NCBI GenBank assembly: GCA_002269645.1
Contig: NIVC01003750.1
Span: forward strand, 15,026-79,025
DNA: 64,000 nt
Direction: 5' to 3'
DNA from: Macrostomum lignano
Taxonomy: Eukaryota
Shown here in pieces: positions 36,390 through 49,019 of this stretch. A program made the translations under genes and the position numbers. The notes beneath the pieces were generated by a model, which searched no databases, had not been told where the DNA came from, and saw only the letters and a list, made by a program, of their open reading frames with translations. Each line of letters starts with the position of its first letter. The first letter of the stretch is position 1.

Positions 36390-39255
36390 CTGTCTACCAG
36401 GTGACACTCCTGTCTAACAGGTGACACTCCTGTCTAACAGGTGACACTCCTGTCTAACAGGTGACATCCTGTCTACCAGGTGACACTCCTGTCTAACAGG
36501 TGACACTCCTGTCTAACAGGTGACATCCTGTCTAACAGGTGACACTCCTGTCTAACAGGTGACACTCCTGTCTAACAGGTGACACTCCTGTCTAACAGGT
36601 GACACTCCTGTCTAACAGGTGACACTCCTGTCTAACAGGTGACACTCCTGTCTAACAGGTGACATCCTGTCTAACAGGTGAAACTCCTGTCTAACAGGTG
36701 ACATCCTGTCTAACATGTGACACTCCTGTCTAACAGGTGACACTCCTGTCTAACAGTTGACACTCTTGTCTACCAGGTGACACTCCTGTCTAACAGGTGA
36801 CACTCCTGTCTAACAGGTGACACTCCTGTCTAACAGGGGACACTCCTGTCTAACAGTTGACACTCCTGTCTAACAGGTGACACTCCTGTCTAACATTTGA
36901 CACTCTTGTCTACCAGGTGACACTCCTGTCTACCAGGTGACACTCCTGTCTAACAGGTGACATCCTGTCTAACAGTTGACACTCCTGTCTAACAGGTGAC
37001 ACTTCTGTCTAACAGCTGACATCCTGTCTAACAGGGGACACTCCTGTCTAACAGGGGACACTCCTGTCTAACAGGTGACACTCCTGTCTAACAGGTGACA
37101 TCCTGTCTACCAGGTGACACTCCTGTCTAACAGGTGACACTCCTGTCTAACAGGTGACATCCTGTCTAACAGGTGACACTCCTGTCTAACAGGTGACATC
37201 CTGTCTAACAGGTGACACTCCTGTCTAACAGGTGACACTCCTGTCTAACAGGTGACACTCCTGTCTAACAGGTGACACTCCTGTCTAACAGGTGACACTC
37301 CTGTCTAACAGGTGACACTACTGTCTAACAGGTGACACAGCTCCTGTCTAACAGGTGACACTCCTGTCTAACAGGTGACACTCCTGTCTAACAGGTGACA
37401 CTACTGTCTAACAGGTGACACAGCTCCTGTCTAACAGGTGACACTCCTGTCTAACAGGTGACATCCTGTCTAACAGGTGACACTCCTGTTTAACAGGTGA
37501 CACTCCTGTCTAACAGGTGACACTCCTGTCTAACAGGTGACACTCCTGTCTAACAGGTGACACTACTGTCTAACAGGTGACACAGCTCCTGTCTAACAGG
37601 TGACACTCCTGTCTAACAGTTGACACTCCTGTCTAACAGGTGACACTCCTGTATAACAGGTGACACAGCTCCTGTCTAACAGGTGACACTCCTGTCTAAC
37701 AGGTGACACTACTGTCTAACAGGTGACACAGCTCCTGTCTAACAGGTGACACTCCTGTCTAACAGGTGACACTCCTGTCTAACAGGTGACACTCCTGTCT
37801 AACAGTTGACACTCTTGTCTACCAGGTGACACTCCTGTCTAACAGGTGACATCCTGTCTAACAGTTGACACTCCTGTCTAACAGGTGACACTTCTGTCTA
37901 ACAGCTGACATCCTGTCTAACAGGGGACACTCCTGTCTAACAGGGGACACTCCTGTCTAACAGGGGACACTCCTGTCTAACAGGGGACACTCCTGTCTAA
38001 CAGGGGACACTCCTGTCTAACAGGGGACACTCCTGTCTAACAGTTGACACTCCTGTCTAACAGGTGACACTCCTGTCTAACAGTTGACACTCTTGTCTAA
38101 CAGGTGACACTCCTGTCTAACAGGTGACACTCCTGTCTACCAGGTGACACTCCTGTCTAACAGGTGACATCCTGTCTAACAGGTGACACTCCTGTCTAAC
38201 AGGTGACACTCCTGTATAACAGGTGACACAGCTCCTGTCTAACAGGTGACACTCTTGTCTAACAGGTGACACAGCTCCTGTCTAACAGGTGACACTCCTG
38301 TCTAACAGGTGACACTACTGTCTAACAGGTGACACAGCTCCTGTCTAACAGGTGACACTCCTGTCTAACAGGTGACACTCCTGTCTAACAGGTGACACTC
38401 CTGTCTAACAGGTGACACTCCTGTCTAACAGGTGACACTCCTGTCTAACAGGTGACACTCCTGTCTAACAGGTGACACTACTGTCTAACAGGTGACACAG
38501 CTCCTGTCTAACAGGTGACACTCCTGTCTAACAGGTGACACTCCTGTCTAACAGGTGACACTACTGTCTAACAGGTGACACAGCTCCTGTCTAACAGGTG
38601 ACACTCCTGTCTAACAGGTGACATCCTGTCTAACAGGTGACACTCCTGTTTAACAGGTGACACTCCTGTCTAACAGGTGACACTACTGTCTAACAGGTGA
38701 CACAGCTCCTGTCTAACAGGTGACACTCCTGTCTAACAGGTGACACAGCTCCTGTCTAACAGGTGACACTCCTGTCTAACAGGTGACACTCCTGTCTAAC
38801 AGGTGACACTCCTGTCTAACAGGTGACACTCCTGTCTAACAGGTGACACTCCTGTCTAACAGGTGACACTCCTGTCTAACAGGTGACACTCCTGTATAAC
38901 AGGTGACACTCCTGTCTAACAGGTGACACTACTGTCTAACAGGTGACACAGCTCCTGTCTAACAGGTGACACTCCTGTCTAACAGGTGACACTCCTGTCT
39001 AACAGGTGACACTACTGTCTAACAGGTGACACAGCTCCTGTCTAACAGGTGACACTCCTGTCTAACAGGTGACACTCCTGTCTAACAGGTGACACTCCTG
39101 TTTAACAGGTGACACTCCTGTCTAACAGGTGACACTACTGTCTAACAGGTGACACAGCTCCTGTCTAACAGGTGACACTCCTGTCTAACAGGTGACACTA
39201 CTGTCTAACAGGTGACACAGCTCCTGTCTAACAGGTGACACTCCTGTCTAACAAG
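36390..39255. repeat. 20-bp palindromic satellite (CTAACAGGTGACACTCCTGT) with 19- and 23-bp variants
   Basis: About 2.9 kb of tandem copies. Confidence 0.97.
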
Positions 39256-39380
39256 CGCCTTCTAGCTGCTGTCTTTAGCATGTTGCACATCTAGCATATT
39301 GGAAACTGGCAGGCCAAGAGCATTGCCAAGTCAAAGCTAGTTAAGTGTATATGAGAAACAACGCATGTTCAGCGCCCCTG

Positions 39381-39960
39381 TTATTTAGCTGCCATCGGCG
39401 GGGCTCCCCGGCCCAGCATAAACCGGATGGACTTCCGGCCGGCCGCCTCCGCCGCAGCCTCGGCCGCCGCCGCCTCCAGATGGCGACGTCTCAACCTTCG
39501 CTCGTGCTCGCACCGAGCCGTGACGTAATCCAGCGGCATGTAGTGCTCGAACTCGGAGCCGTTCACGTACAGCAGCAGGTTCCACTCGCCTGTCCGGTAG
39601 TATGTCCGGATGATCCGCCTGCGCCGCTCCGTGAGCTGGAACGGGACTCGATCCCGGTACACCCAGTAGCTGACGATGTCGCCGGAGATGACGCTGAAGG
39701 CGGCCACCAGCTCGTACTTGCGCCGCTGCCCGCCAGCGGCACCGAGGGAGGTCGCAGTCGGCCGCTTGTTGATTTTCTGCTCAAAGTGACGGCGCAGCAG
39801 CTCGCGGCAGTCCGCGTCCATCAGGGCCGCGGCGGCCATGGTGGCTGGTGGCAGCCGGATCGGGAAGTGCAGCGGCTGCGACCTGGCTGTCTGGCGCTTC
39901 TGCTGATGAGGCAGCTGCTGCTGCTGGCTGCTGCTCGAGTTCGACGACTCGTGGCCTGAA
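39381..39960 (-). CDS. Probable coding exon of unknown product
   Basis: GC-rich open frame with host-like codon usage (DCRELLRRHFEQKINKR...YELVAAFSVISGDIVSYWVYRDRVPF); no family recognised and boundaries uncertain. Confidence 0.45.
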
Positions 39961-40039
39961 GGAGTTTGAGACTCATTTGAGGACACGGTCTGATGAGGCT
40001 TAATGACATGATTCTGAGCACCCAACACCCTCACCTCAA

Positions 40040-40420
40040 GGACTAGCTCACTCCTGACAGAGATGATTCTGAGCACCCAACACCCTCACCTCAGGGACTC
40101 ACTCCTGACAGAGATGATTCTGAGCACCCAACACTCTCACCTCAGGGACTCACTCCCGACTGAGATGACTCTGAGCACCCAACACCCTCACCTCAGGGAC
40201 TCACTCCTGACAGAGATGATTCTGAGCACCCAACACCTTCACCTAAGGGACTCACTCTTGACAGAGATGATTCCGAGCACCCAACACTCTCACCTCAGGG
40301 ACTCACTCCTGACAGAGATGATTCTGAGCACCCAACACCTTCACCTAAGGGACTCACTCCTGACAGAGATCACTCTGACTCCTCAACACCCTAACCTCAG
40401 GGACTCACTCCTGAGAGATT
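40040..40420. repeat. 51-bp tandem repeat
   Basis: GATTCTGAGCACCCAACACC...GACAGAGAT, about 7 copies. Confidence 0.9.
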
Positions 40421-40974
40421 ATTCTGGGCCTCCAGAGCCTTACAGTCAGACTCTCGATCCCCACACATGATGTGATTTTAAGCCGCACAAAACAGACTCA
40501 CTTCTGCTCACCTGGAACTTCCCAGAGCTAATTAGTGAGCAGGAAGTTTTCTGTTGGTTTTACTTCGGTACCCAGGCGGCCAATTCTTTCTGCTTCAAAG
40601 CTACTATTAAAAAAGAGTCTTCTACTGTCCCAGCAAACTTTTTAGACTTCTTCAGCAACGCGTTTCAGGCAAGCGGCCAGCTGAGTTGCTTCAGTGCTGG
40701 GAAATTGCTCAGCAAGACAGACATTGCGGGGGCACACTTTTAGCCAACTACTAAGCGAATCATTTTGCCCCAATAGCGTTTGAGCTCTCGGAGCTGCGCC
40801 ACAAATTCTGGCCTGCGAGTTCCAAGAAGCTTTTATTGATTGTTCAATAGCAAATGGCTTGCAGAACTTTGTCTCCTGAGCACATTTGAATGTACTTTTA
40901 ATCCTCATTTCTTTATCAGCTCTGCAATTTACTACTGGGGTCATAGCATACCCCAAATGAATGGCACGTCTCAT

Positions 40975-41705
40975 AGCCGAGCTCAGAGACCCGCTCATAG
41001 CTCAGAGACCAGCTCATAGCTCAGAGACCAGCTCATAGCTCAGAGACCAGCTCACAGCTCAGAGACCAGCTCACAGCTCAGAGACCAGCTCACAGCTCAG
41101 AGACCAGCTCACAAGTCAGAGACCATCTCACAGCTCAGAGACCAGCTCACAGCTCAGAGACCATCTCACAGCTCAGAGACCAGCTCACAGCTCAGAGACC
41201 AGCTCACAGCTCAGAGACCAGCTCACAGCTCAGAGACCAGCTCACAGCTCAGAGACCAGCTCACAGCTCAGGGACCAGCTCAGAGACCAGCTCACAGCTC
41301 AGAGACCATCTCACAGCTAAGAGACCAGCTCACAGCTCAGAGACCAGCTCACAGCTCAGAGACCAGCTCACAGCTCAGAGACCAGCTCACAGCTCAGAGA
41401 CCAGCTCACAGCTCAGAGACCAGCTCACAGCTCAGAGACCAGCTCACAGCTCAGAGACCAGCTCACAGCTCAGAGACCAGCTCAGAGACCAGCTCACAGC
41501 TCAGAGACCAGCTCAGAGACCAGCTCACAGCTCAGAGACCAGCTCAGAGACCAGCTCACAGCTCAGAGACCAGCTCAGAGACCAGCTCACAGCTCAGAGA
41601 CCAGCTCAGAGACCAGCTCTCAGCTCAGAGACCAGTTTAGAGACCAGCTCAGAGACCAGCTCTCAGCTCAGAGACCAGCTCAGAGACCAGCTCAGAGACC
41701 AGCTC
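40975..41705. repeat. 19-bp minisatellite (AGCTCACAGCTCAGAGACC) with 12-bp variant
   Basis: Direct tandem copies. Confidence 0.95.
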
Positions 41706-42179
41706 ATATTGCAGGTCATCAGCAGCATAAGCGGCTCACCGCAGTGGTTCACGCTGGTGTGCTCAACAGTGAGAAGGGCATCCTCCATTGGCCAGGCGAA
41801 CGAAGCTGGAGCCTCTCTCAGTCTGCAGTTGATAACCTGGTGGCTGCACATGACCTATCAAACGCATCAGGCGCAGTTCCGCAACTGAACAGGGCGGGTA
41901 AACAGCTTTATTGTTTGGCCGTGCAGAAGGCGGGAGAGAGGCGGCTGCTGCGGGTCGGTACTAACGGCTGGTTGCCATGGAGACGAAAAGTTGCAGGCTA
42001 GAAAATTTCCAAATTTGACAGAGTTTGATAGCTAGGAACTTTGACTGTGAACTTGGGCAAAATTTTTCAAATGCAGAATATAAAGTAGATTTTGAACTCA
42101 AAAATACTCAAAGTTAAACTGCTTGTCTCGATTTCCACTATCAACTCTCTGAGCTTCCTCAATTGGTCGATCAGCTATC

Positions 42180-42910
42180 CCCCCTCCTTACTCTGTCCCT
42201 CACCTTCCTCACCCTGTCCCTCACCCTGTCCCTCACCCTCCTCACCCTGTCCCTCACCCTCCTTACTCTGTCCCTCACCTTCCTCACCCTGTCCCTCACC
42301 CTGTCCCTCACCCTGTCCCTCACACTCCTCACCCTGTCCCTCACACTCCTCACCCTGTCCCTCACCCTGTCCCTCACCTCCTCACTCTGTCCCTCACTCT
42401 CCTCACCTTGTCCCTCACCCTCCTCACCCTGTCCCTCACCCTCCTTACTCTGTCCCTCACCTTCCTCACCCTGTCTCTCACCCTGTTCCTCACCCTGTCC
42501 CTCACCCTGTCCCTCACCCTCCTTACTCTGTCCCTCACCCTCCTCACTCTGTCCCTCACCTTCCTCACCCTGTCTCTCACCCTGTCCCTCACCCTGTCCC
42601 TCACCCTGTCCCTCACCCTGTCCCTCACCCTCCTCCCCCCTGTCCCTCACCCTCCTCACCCTGTCCCTCACCCTCCTCACTCTGTCCCTCACCCTCCTCA
42701 CCCTGTCTCTCACCCTGTCCCTCACCCTGTCCGTCACCCTGTCCCTCACCCTCCTTACTCTGTCCCTCACCCTCCTCACCCTGTCCCTCACCCTCCTCAC
42801 TCTGTCCCTCACCCTCCTCACCCTGTCCCTCACCCTCCTCATCCTGTCCCTCACCCTTCTCACCCTGTCCCTCACCCTCCTCACTCTGTCCCTCACCCTC
42901 CTCACCTAAT
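42180..42910. repeat. Degenerate 9/12/21-bp CTCACCCTGTCC repeat
   Basis: Direct tandem copies. Confidence 0.9.
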
Positions 42911-43349
42911 CCCTCACCTAGCAACCTGTCTCCCAGCGTGCATGCTCTAAAAAATTAGAAATATTCCAGCAATTCAAAGTGGTTACCAGCAAACGCGTCC
43001 CGCACATAAACTCCTCTCTCTGTATTTCAGACAGGATCTCGAGAAACCTGACCCGCTCATCATTGATGCGCCCGCCTACTGCAGGAAATATCTGTCTGAA
43101 ATTCTCCTCACGATGACCTCGACTCAGATCAGTGCCAAGCGCATCTCGCAGTTCACTCAACCCACTTGGCGCACATTTGCATGTTGAGTCCGGCTCAGCT
43201 CGGTCGCACGTTAATATTGCATGCCCGCCCGCGTACAGGGAAGGTTAGCGTGAAGCAGATGGGAGAGGCTAGATGCGAGCCATGGACTTCTAAATAAACA
43301 TCTGGCCTGGAGACCAAGCACTGCCTCTGCCACTCCAGCCCAGTCCCGG

Positions 43350-44520
43350 GTCTCTGTCTCACCCTGTCCCTCACCCTGTCCCTCACCCTCCTCCAGTCAG
43401 TGACCAGTCCCGGGTCTCCATGGCAACAGTCCCGGGTCTCCATGGCAACAGTCCCGGGTCTCCATGGCAACAGTCCCGGGTCTCTGTCTGATTCTGTCCC
43501 TCACCCTGTCCCTCACCCTGTCCCTCACCCTGTCCCTCACCCTGTCCCTCACCCTGTCCCTCACCCTGTCCCTCACCCTGTCCCTCACCCTGTCCCTCAC
43601 CCTGTCCCTCACCCTGTCCCTCACCCTGTCCCTCACCCTGTCCCTCACCCTGTCCCTCACCCTGTCCCTCACCCTGTCCCTCACCCTGTCCCTCACCCTG
43701 TCCCTCACCCTGTCCCTCACCCTGTCCCTCACCCTGTCCCTCACCCTGTTCCTCACCCTGTCCCTCACCCTGTCCCTCACCCTGTCCCTCACCCTGTCCC
43801 TCACCCTGTCCCTCACCCTGTCCCTCACCCTGTCCCTCACCCTGTCCCTCACCCTGTCCCTCACCCTGTCCCTCACCCTGTCCCTCACCCTGTCCCTCAC
43901 CCTGTCCCTCACCCTGTCCCTCACCCTGTCCCTCACCCTGTCCCTCACCCTGTCCCTCACCCTGTCCCTCACCCTGTCCCTCACCCTGTCCCTCACCCTG
44001 TCCCTCACCCTGTCCCTCACCCTGTCCCTCACCCTGTCCCTCACCCTGTCCCTCACCCTGTCCCTCACCCTGTCCCTCACCCTGTCCCTCACCCTGTCCC
44101 TCACCCTGTCCCTCACCCTGTCCCTCACCCTGTCCCTCACCCTGTCCCTCACCCTGTCCCTCACCCTGTCCCTCACCCTGTCCCTCACCCTGTCCCTCAC
44201 CCTGTCCCTCACCCTGTCCCTCACCCTGTCCCTCACCCTGTCCCTCACCCTGTCCCTCACCCTGTCCCTCACCCTGTCCCTCACCCTGTCCCTCACCCTG
44301 TCCCTCACCCTGTCCCTCACCCTCCTCCAGTCAGTGACCAGTCCCGGGTCTCCATGGCAACAGTCTCGGGTCTCCATGGCAACAGTCCCGGGTCTCCATG
44401 GCAACAGTCCCGGGTCTCCATGGCAACAGTCCCGGGTCTCCATGGCAACAGTCCCGGGTTTCCATGGCAACAGTCCCGGGTCTCCATGGCAATAGTCCCG
44501 GGTCTCCATGGCAACAGTCC
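43350..44520. repeat. Compound satellite: pure 12-mer CTCACCCTGTCC array with flanking 22-mer CAGTCCCGGGTCTCCATGGCAA arrays
   Basis: The 12-mer/spacer/22-mer block occurs twice, with junctions at about 43385 and 44320. Confidence 0.92.
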
Positions 44521-45049
44521 ACTAGGATACTCCGCAGCGAGAGGTCGCGGAACTCAGCAGATGCTGTCAGCCTGCCTCCGTGCTCACTCTGAGCTTGCAT
44601 AATTCATTGAGCGATTCTCTACCCGACAGCCCGGCTGCTCTGCAGGCCATGGGCCACAAAAATCTCACTGCAGATTTGTTAATTCAAGGTGAATAATTCA
44701 AACGACAGGAACCTTTGCCGGCAATAATCTGGGGCTGCAAATCAATTCGGTCTTAACTGCTTAGCCAGTGTATTTTTCAGTTGGGATGCACTAAAATAGT
44801 TGCCGCCGTGAGGCAGAGGGCCTTTAATTCTGCTGGAGGATATTAAAGGGGGCTGTTAAAGCTTAAAGCGAATTTTATAGAACTTTGGCGGATAGAAAAC
44901 ACATACATATTTTTTGCTTTTTAAAATGTTCAAACATACTACTAATACATGATTATTTAAGTAGGCGAACTCGCTAAGTCAAAAGCGTAAACCAGAAATA
45001 CCTTACGTTGGGGGCACAGAGAAGGTCAATCTAATTAGCATATGCAAAT

Positions 45050-45273
45050 TTAGTCCCCTCCCGCGTCCTCCGCATCTTCAGCGGGGGCGTCGCCGCCTTC
45101 ATCTTCGTCTGGAGGAGGCGGCGGTGCCGAATCGTCGGCGTCTTCGCCTGCGGGAGCGTCGGCATCGGCGTCGGGGGCGTCGGCAACCTCGGCGGCGTCG
45201 GCGTCCGCGTCGCCGTCGTTGGCGGCGGGAGCGGCTGCCGTCGCGGCTTCGTCGTCGTCAAGCGGCTTCTCTT
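45050..45273 (-). CDS. Acidic Ala/Asp-rich terminal exon of an unidentified gene
   Basis: CTGCAG acceptor, EEKPLDDDEAATAAAPAANDGDADAD...GGD then TAA; GC-rich codons. Confidence 0.55.
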
Positions 45274-46379
45274 CTGCAGTAGATAAAAAATATTCGGAAA
45301 TTTTTAACAGCTCAAGTATATATTATTTCGAATATTCGCATTTGACTACTGCCACCGGGCGATCAGTAGAGTAAAAAGGTAAAGTTGTGCACCTTTACTT
45401 TTTGTTGTGTTTCGAGGATTGTGCGGAGGGCGGGAGTTGCGAAAGTGGAAGAGTTCAGTAAAAGTACGCAGTGCTTAAAGCTGCTTGAGCTTATAAGCAA
45501 ATCTTAAGAAACCAGGCAATTTTCAATTTTTAAGTCGGGATGAGGTTGTGTTGCTGGCCTGGCTTTCAAATTAAAAGTTTAAGATTCCTTTATCGCCAAG
45601 GCCTTACGATAGGCTGACAGTAAGGGGTGTTTTGAAAAGTTTAACACATTAGAAATGTTCAAGCAGAAATCAGAAAAGTACATCGTGTCCGTTTTAAATG
45701 GTCTGCATTTCTTAAAGGTTTGTGCCGGAAATACAGTAATAAGTGGGACAGTTCTTGCAGCAGATATTCGGTCAGTAAGTACTTATTAAATAATCAATGC
45801 AACCGGTTGGCGAGCAGTACATTTAGTGCGGAAATAGTTTTATATAACGACAATTGCAAAGTAGAGTCAACTGTCCACCGCTACCATCAGACAGTTGCTA
45901 AGGCACATTTAATAAGCAAGGAAGCATGCTGCGTGACTACACAAGTAAATGAGCACTTACTCTGCCTGATCAGCCTCTGCTGTGCGTGTGGGAGGCCCGA
46001 TAACAAGCCGACACAGATTAGCGAGTTCAGTCTGTACATTTGGGGCATCTACTACTCATAGTAGCTTGGAAATCAATGCAGTGCAAAATTTGGGAGAAAA
46101 ATTGAAAAAAAAGTTATTCGGTCAATAAAAAATCATGCACAAAATTATTGGGGCTCTGGTGGAAATCCCGAACTGCTCAATCAGTGCCGGCTGTTCGAAC
46201 TCGGGACCTCTGAGTTTTCAACGGGCAGAAGGGGAGGAAAAACGCGATTTTTTGTTATGAATAAAACCAAAACTGTTACTTTTACAGACTGCATAGTACT
46301 TTTACGAGTTAGTAATATTTTTACGAGCTGGTATATAAAGTCAATTTAGCTTTATATACCAGCAAAAACCTCTACATGT

Positions 46380-47445
46380 AGTCTGAATGTACTATACAAG
46401 CAGCCTGTACATGTTGAATGCACTGTACAAGTAGGCTGTACATGTTGAATGCACTGTACAAGTAGAATGTACATGTTGAATGCACTGTACAAGTAGCCTG
46501 TACATGTTGAATGCACTGTACAAGTAGACTGTACATGTTGAATGCACTGTACAAGTAGCCTGTACAAGTTGAATGCACTGTACAAGTAAACTGTACATGT
46601 TGAATGCACTGTACAAGTAGACTGTACATGTTGAATGCACTGTACAAGTAGCCTGTACATGTTGAATGCACTGTACAAGTAGCCTGTACAAGTTGAATGC
46701 ACTGTACAAGTAAACTGTACATTTTGAATGCACTGTACAAGTAGCCTGTACATGTTGAATGCACTGTACAAGTAGCCTGTACATGTTGAATGCACTGTAC
46801 AAGTAGCCTGTACAAGTTGAATGCACTGTACAAGTAAACTGTACATGTTGAATGCACTGTACAAGTAGACTGTACATGTTGAATGCACTGTACAAGTAGC
46901 CTGTACATGTTGAATGCACTGTACAAGTAGCCTGTACATGTTGAATGCACTGTACAAGTAAACTGTACATGTTGAATGCACTGTACAAGTAAACTGTACA
47001 TGTTGAATGCACTGTACAAGTAGACTGTACATGTTGAATGCACTGTACAAGTAAACTGTACATGTTGAATGCACTGTACAAGTAAACTGTACATGTTGAA
47101 TGCACTGTACAAGCAGCCTGTACATGTTGGATGCACTGTACAAGTGGCCTGTACATGTTGAATGCACTGTACAAGCAGCCTGTACATGTTGGATGCACTG
47201 TACAAGTAAACTGTACATTTTGAATGCACTGTACAAGTAGCCTGTACATGTTGAATGCACTGTACAAGTAGCCTGTACAAGTTGAATGCACTGTACAAGT
47301 AAACTGTACATGTTGAATGTACTGTACAAGCAGCCTGTACATGTTGAATGCACTGTACAAGTAGACTGTACATGTTGAATGCACTGTACAAGTAGCCTGT
47401 ACAAGTTGAATGCACTGTACAAGTAAACTGTACATGTTGAATGCA
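46380..47445. repeat. 31-bp minisatellite (TGTACATGTTGAATGCACTGTACAAGTAGCC), cut by the Polinton terminus
   Basis: The last unit stops at GAATGCA immediately before AGTAGT. Confidence 0.95.
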
Positions 47446-47714
47446 AGTAGTATATAAAAAGACGCTTCTAGACCCAGAGCACTTTTTTAATGACCGTTTT
47501 AAGGGTCTAGAGGGGGGACACGGGGGGTAAATAAAAAAACACATCTAAACACCATTAATACATCTAATCACCCATAATCACCCCTAACAATAAAAATCAT
47601 TCCCAACACTTCCAAACACTCCCCAACACCCCCCTCGCGTCCCCCCTCTTAAGACCTTACAAACGGTCATTAAAAAAGTGCTCTGGGTCTAGAAGCGTCT
47701 TTTTATATACTACT
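47446..47714. repeat. Terminal fold-back: AGTAGT...ACTACT inverted repeat (~55 bp perfect, ~80 bp imperfect) around a G-free spacer
   Basis: 47446-47499 is the reverse complement of 47661-47714. Confidence 0.9.
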
Positions 47715-47936
47715 ACTCTATAACCCCTTGCCCGCGCCGCAGGCGCGAAGGGTAGGAAAGAATAGAAGCTATTTATAGTCAGCTCACCTACCCACCCAAC
47801 ATTCCATTTAGACCAGATTTTAGACCAAACAAAACTAGACTATCGTTTTGGTTTTCGTTTTCAAAAATTTGGTCTAAAATCTGGTCCAAATGGAATGCAG
47901 ACAATCTTTTTTCTGTTACTAAAAATAGAACAAAAA

Positions 47937-48335
47937 ATGACACACGTTACACATATGCAAAATCTGAATGAATTGCAGGTAGGAGACCCAGTTGAATACC
48001 GAGGTGAGGGGCTTTTTGATGTGGTTGGAACAGCAGCAAATTTTGTTAAAGACAATATGGGGCTTATAGGGCAAGCTGGCTCCGCAGCAGGTTCTATAAC
48101 AAATGCTGTAAAAGGAGGAATTGAAGCAGCTAGAGCGGCAGAAGAACTAAAGAAATTGAGAGATTTTAACGACACCCTCTCACAAATAAATGCAATAAAA
48201 GATTTAAAGCTGGCACAAGCCGCACAACCAACAGAAACCCCCACGAAAAGCGCGCCAATAAGTAATAAAGATATTCAGGATTTTAATAAAATGTTAACCA
48301 CAATTAAAGGCGGAAAAGGATTAAAGAAATTTTAA
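47937..48335 (+). CDS. Polinton core/membrane-active protein candidate with adenain-type cleavage motifs
   Basis: YRGEG-LFDVVG amphipathic stretch, IKGG motifs; the start codon (47895, 47937 or 47955) is uncertain. Confidence 0.6.
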   Translation: MTHVTHMQNLNELQVGDPVEYRGEGLFDVVGTAANFVKDNMGLIGQAGSAAGSITNAVKGGIEAARAAEELKKLRDFNDTLSQINAIKDLKLAQAAQPTETPTKSAPISNKDIQDFNKMLTTIKGGKGLKKF

Positions 48336-48345
48336 CAATATAAAA

Positions 48346-49008
48346 ATGGACACAGATAACGACCGCTTATATTTTATAGGAGAAATTGTAGATACTTTAG
48401 ATCTAGATGATAATAAACATAGCCACACAATGTTAAAAAGATTGGATCGATTAGGTAAAAAGTTTGACTACGACATCGATACATTTAAACTCGCAGCAAA
48501 ATATGCACAAGAAGGAAGGCCGATATCCTTTAAGAATCGCGGCAGAAATTATAGGTTGACAGACTCCGATGTGAAATTTTTAATGGAGACTCACACTAAA
48601 AAGGACGGCGGATTACTACCCATTCTACCGCTTCTTTTAGGACTTGGCGCAGCTGGAGCAGTCGGTTTAGCCGGAAAAAGAATTCATGATAATGTAAAAC
48701 AGCTAGGAGAGTTAAGAGCGAAACAGGGGGGAATCTTGCCCCTTGCAGCTTTGCTCCCAATAATTTTTGCAGGAATTGGAGCAGCTGGAGGAGTTGCTGG
48801 CGGAGCAGCTGGAATTGCAAAAGCAGTAAATGACAAAAAAGCTGCGGACGAAAAAGCTAAAAGAGAGGCCGAATTTCAAAGACAGCAAATAACGCAGGAC
48901 GCACAATTTAAACAAAACTTATCGATACAATTAATAGTAGTTCAGCAACAGCTGAGCAAAAAAGAAATGCAGAAGCTAGGTTATCAGCTGGAAAAGGTTT
49001 ACTGTTAA
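48346..49008 (+). CDS. Adenovirus pX-like core protein with two GG-(I/L)LP motifs
   Basis: KDGGLLPILPLLLGLGAAG and KQGGILPLAALLPIIFAGIGAAGG resemble adenovirus pX MRGGILPLLIPLIAAAIGA. Confidence 0.7.
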   Translation: MDTDNDRLYFIGEIVDTLDLDDNKHSHTMLKRLDRLGKKFDYDIDTFKLAAKYAQEGRPISFKNRGRNYRLTDSDVKFLMETHTKKDGGLLPILPLLLGLGAAGAVGLAGKRIHDNVKQLGELRAKQGGILPLAALLPIIFAGIGAAGGVAGGAAGIAKAVNDKKAADEKAKREAEFQRQQITQDAQFKQNLSIQLIVVQQQLSKKEMQKLGYQLEKVYC

Positions 49009-49019
49009 ATGGCAGTGGT

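Noticed and set aside
40640-44640. Possible exons at about 40640-40980, 41710-41890, 43030-43240 and 44525-44640
   Set aside because: Splice-like sites are present but there is no consistent frame, strand or homology to support a gene model
42092-47544. Long periodic ORFs (VPHP, LSLT, RVRD, CTVHST)
   Set aside because: Translations of 12-, 22- and 31-bp satellites, open in several frames at once
47446-47714. Independent mini-Polinton (MITE) insertion
   Set aside because: No target-site duplication after 47714 (ACTCTA follows, AATGCA precedes)
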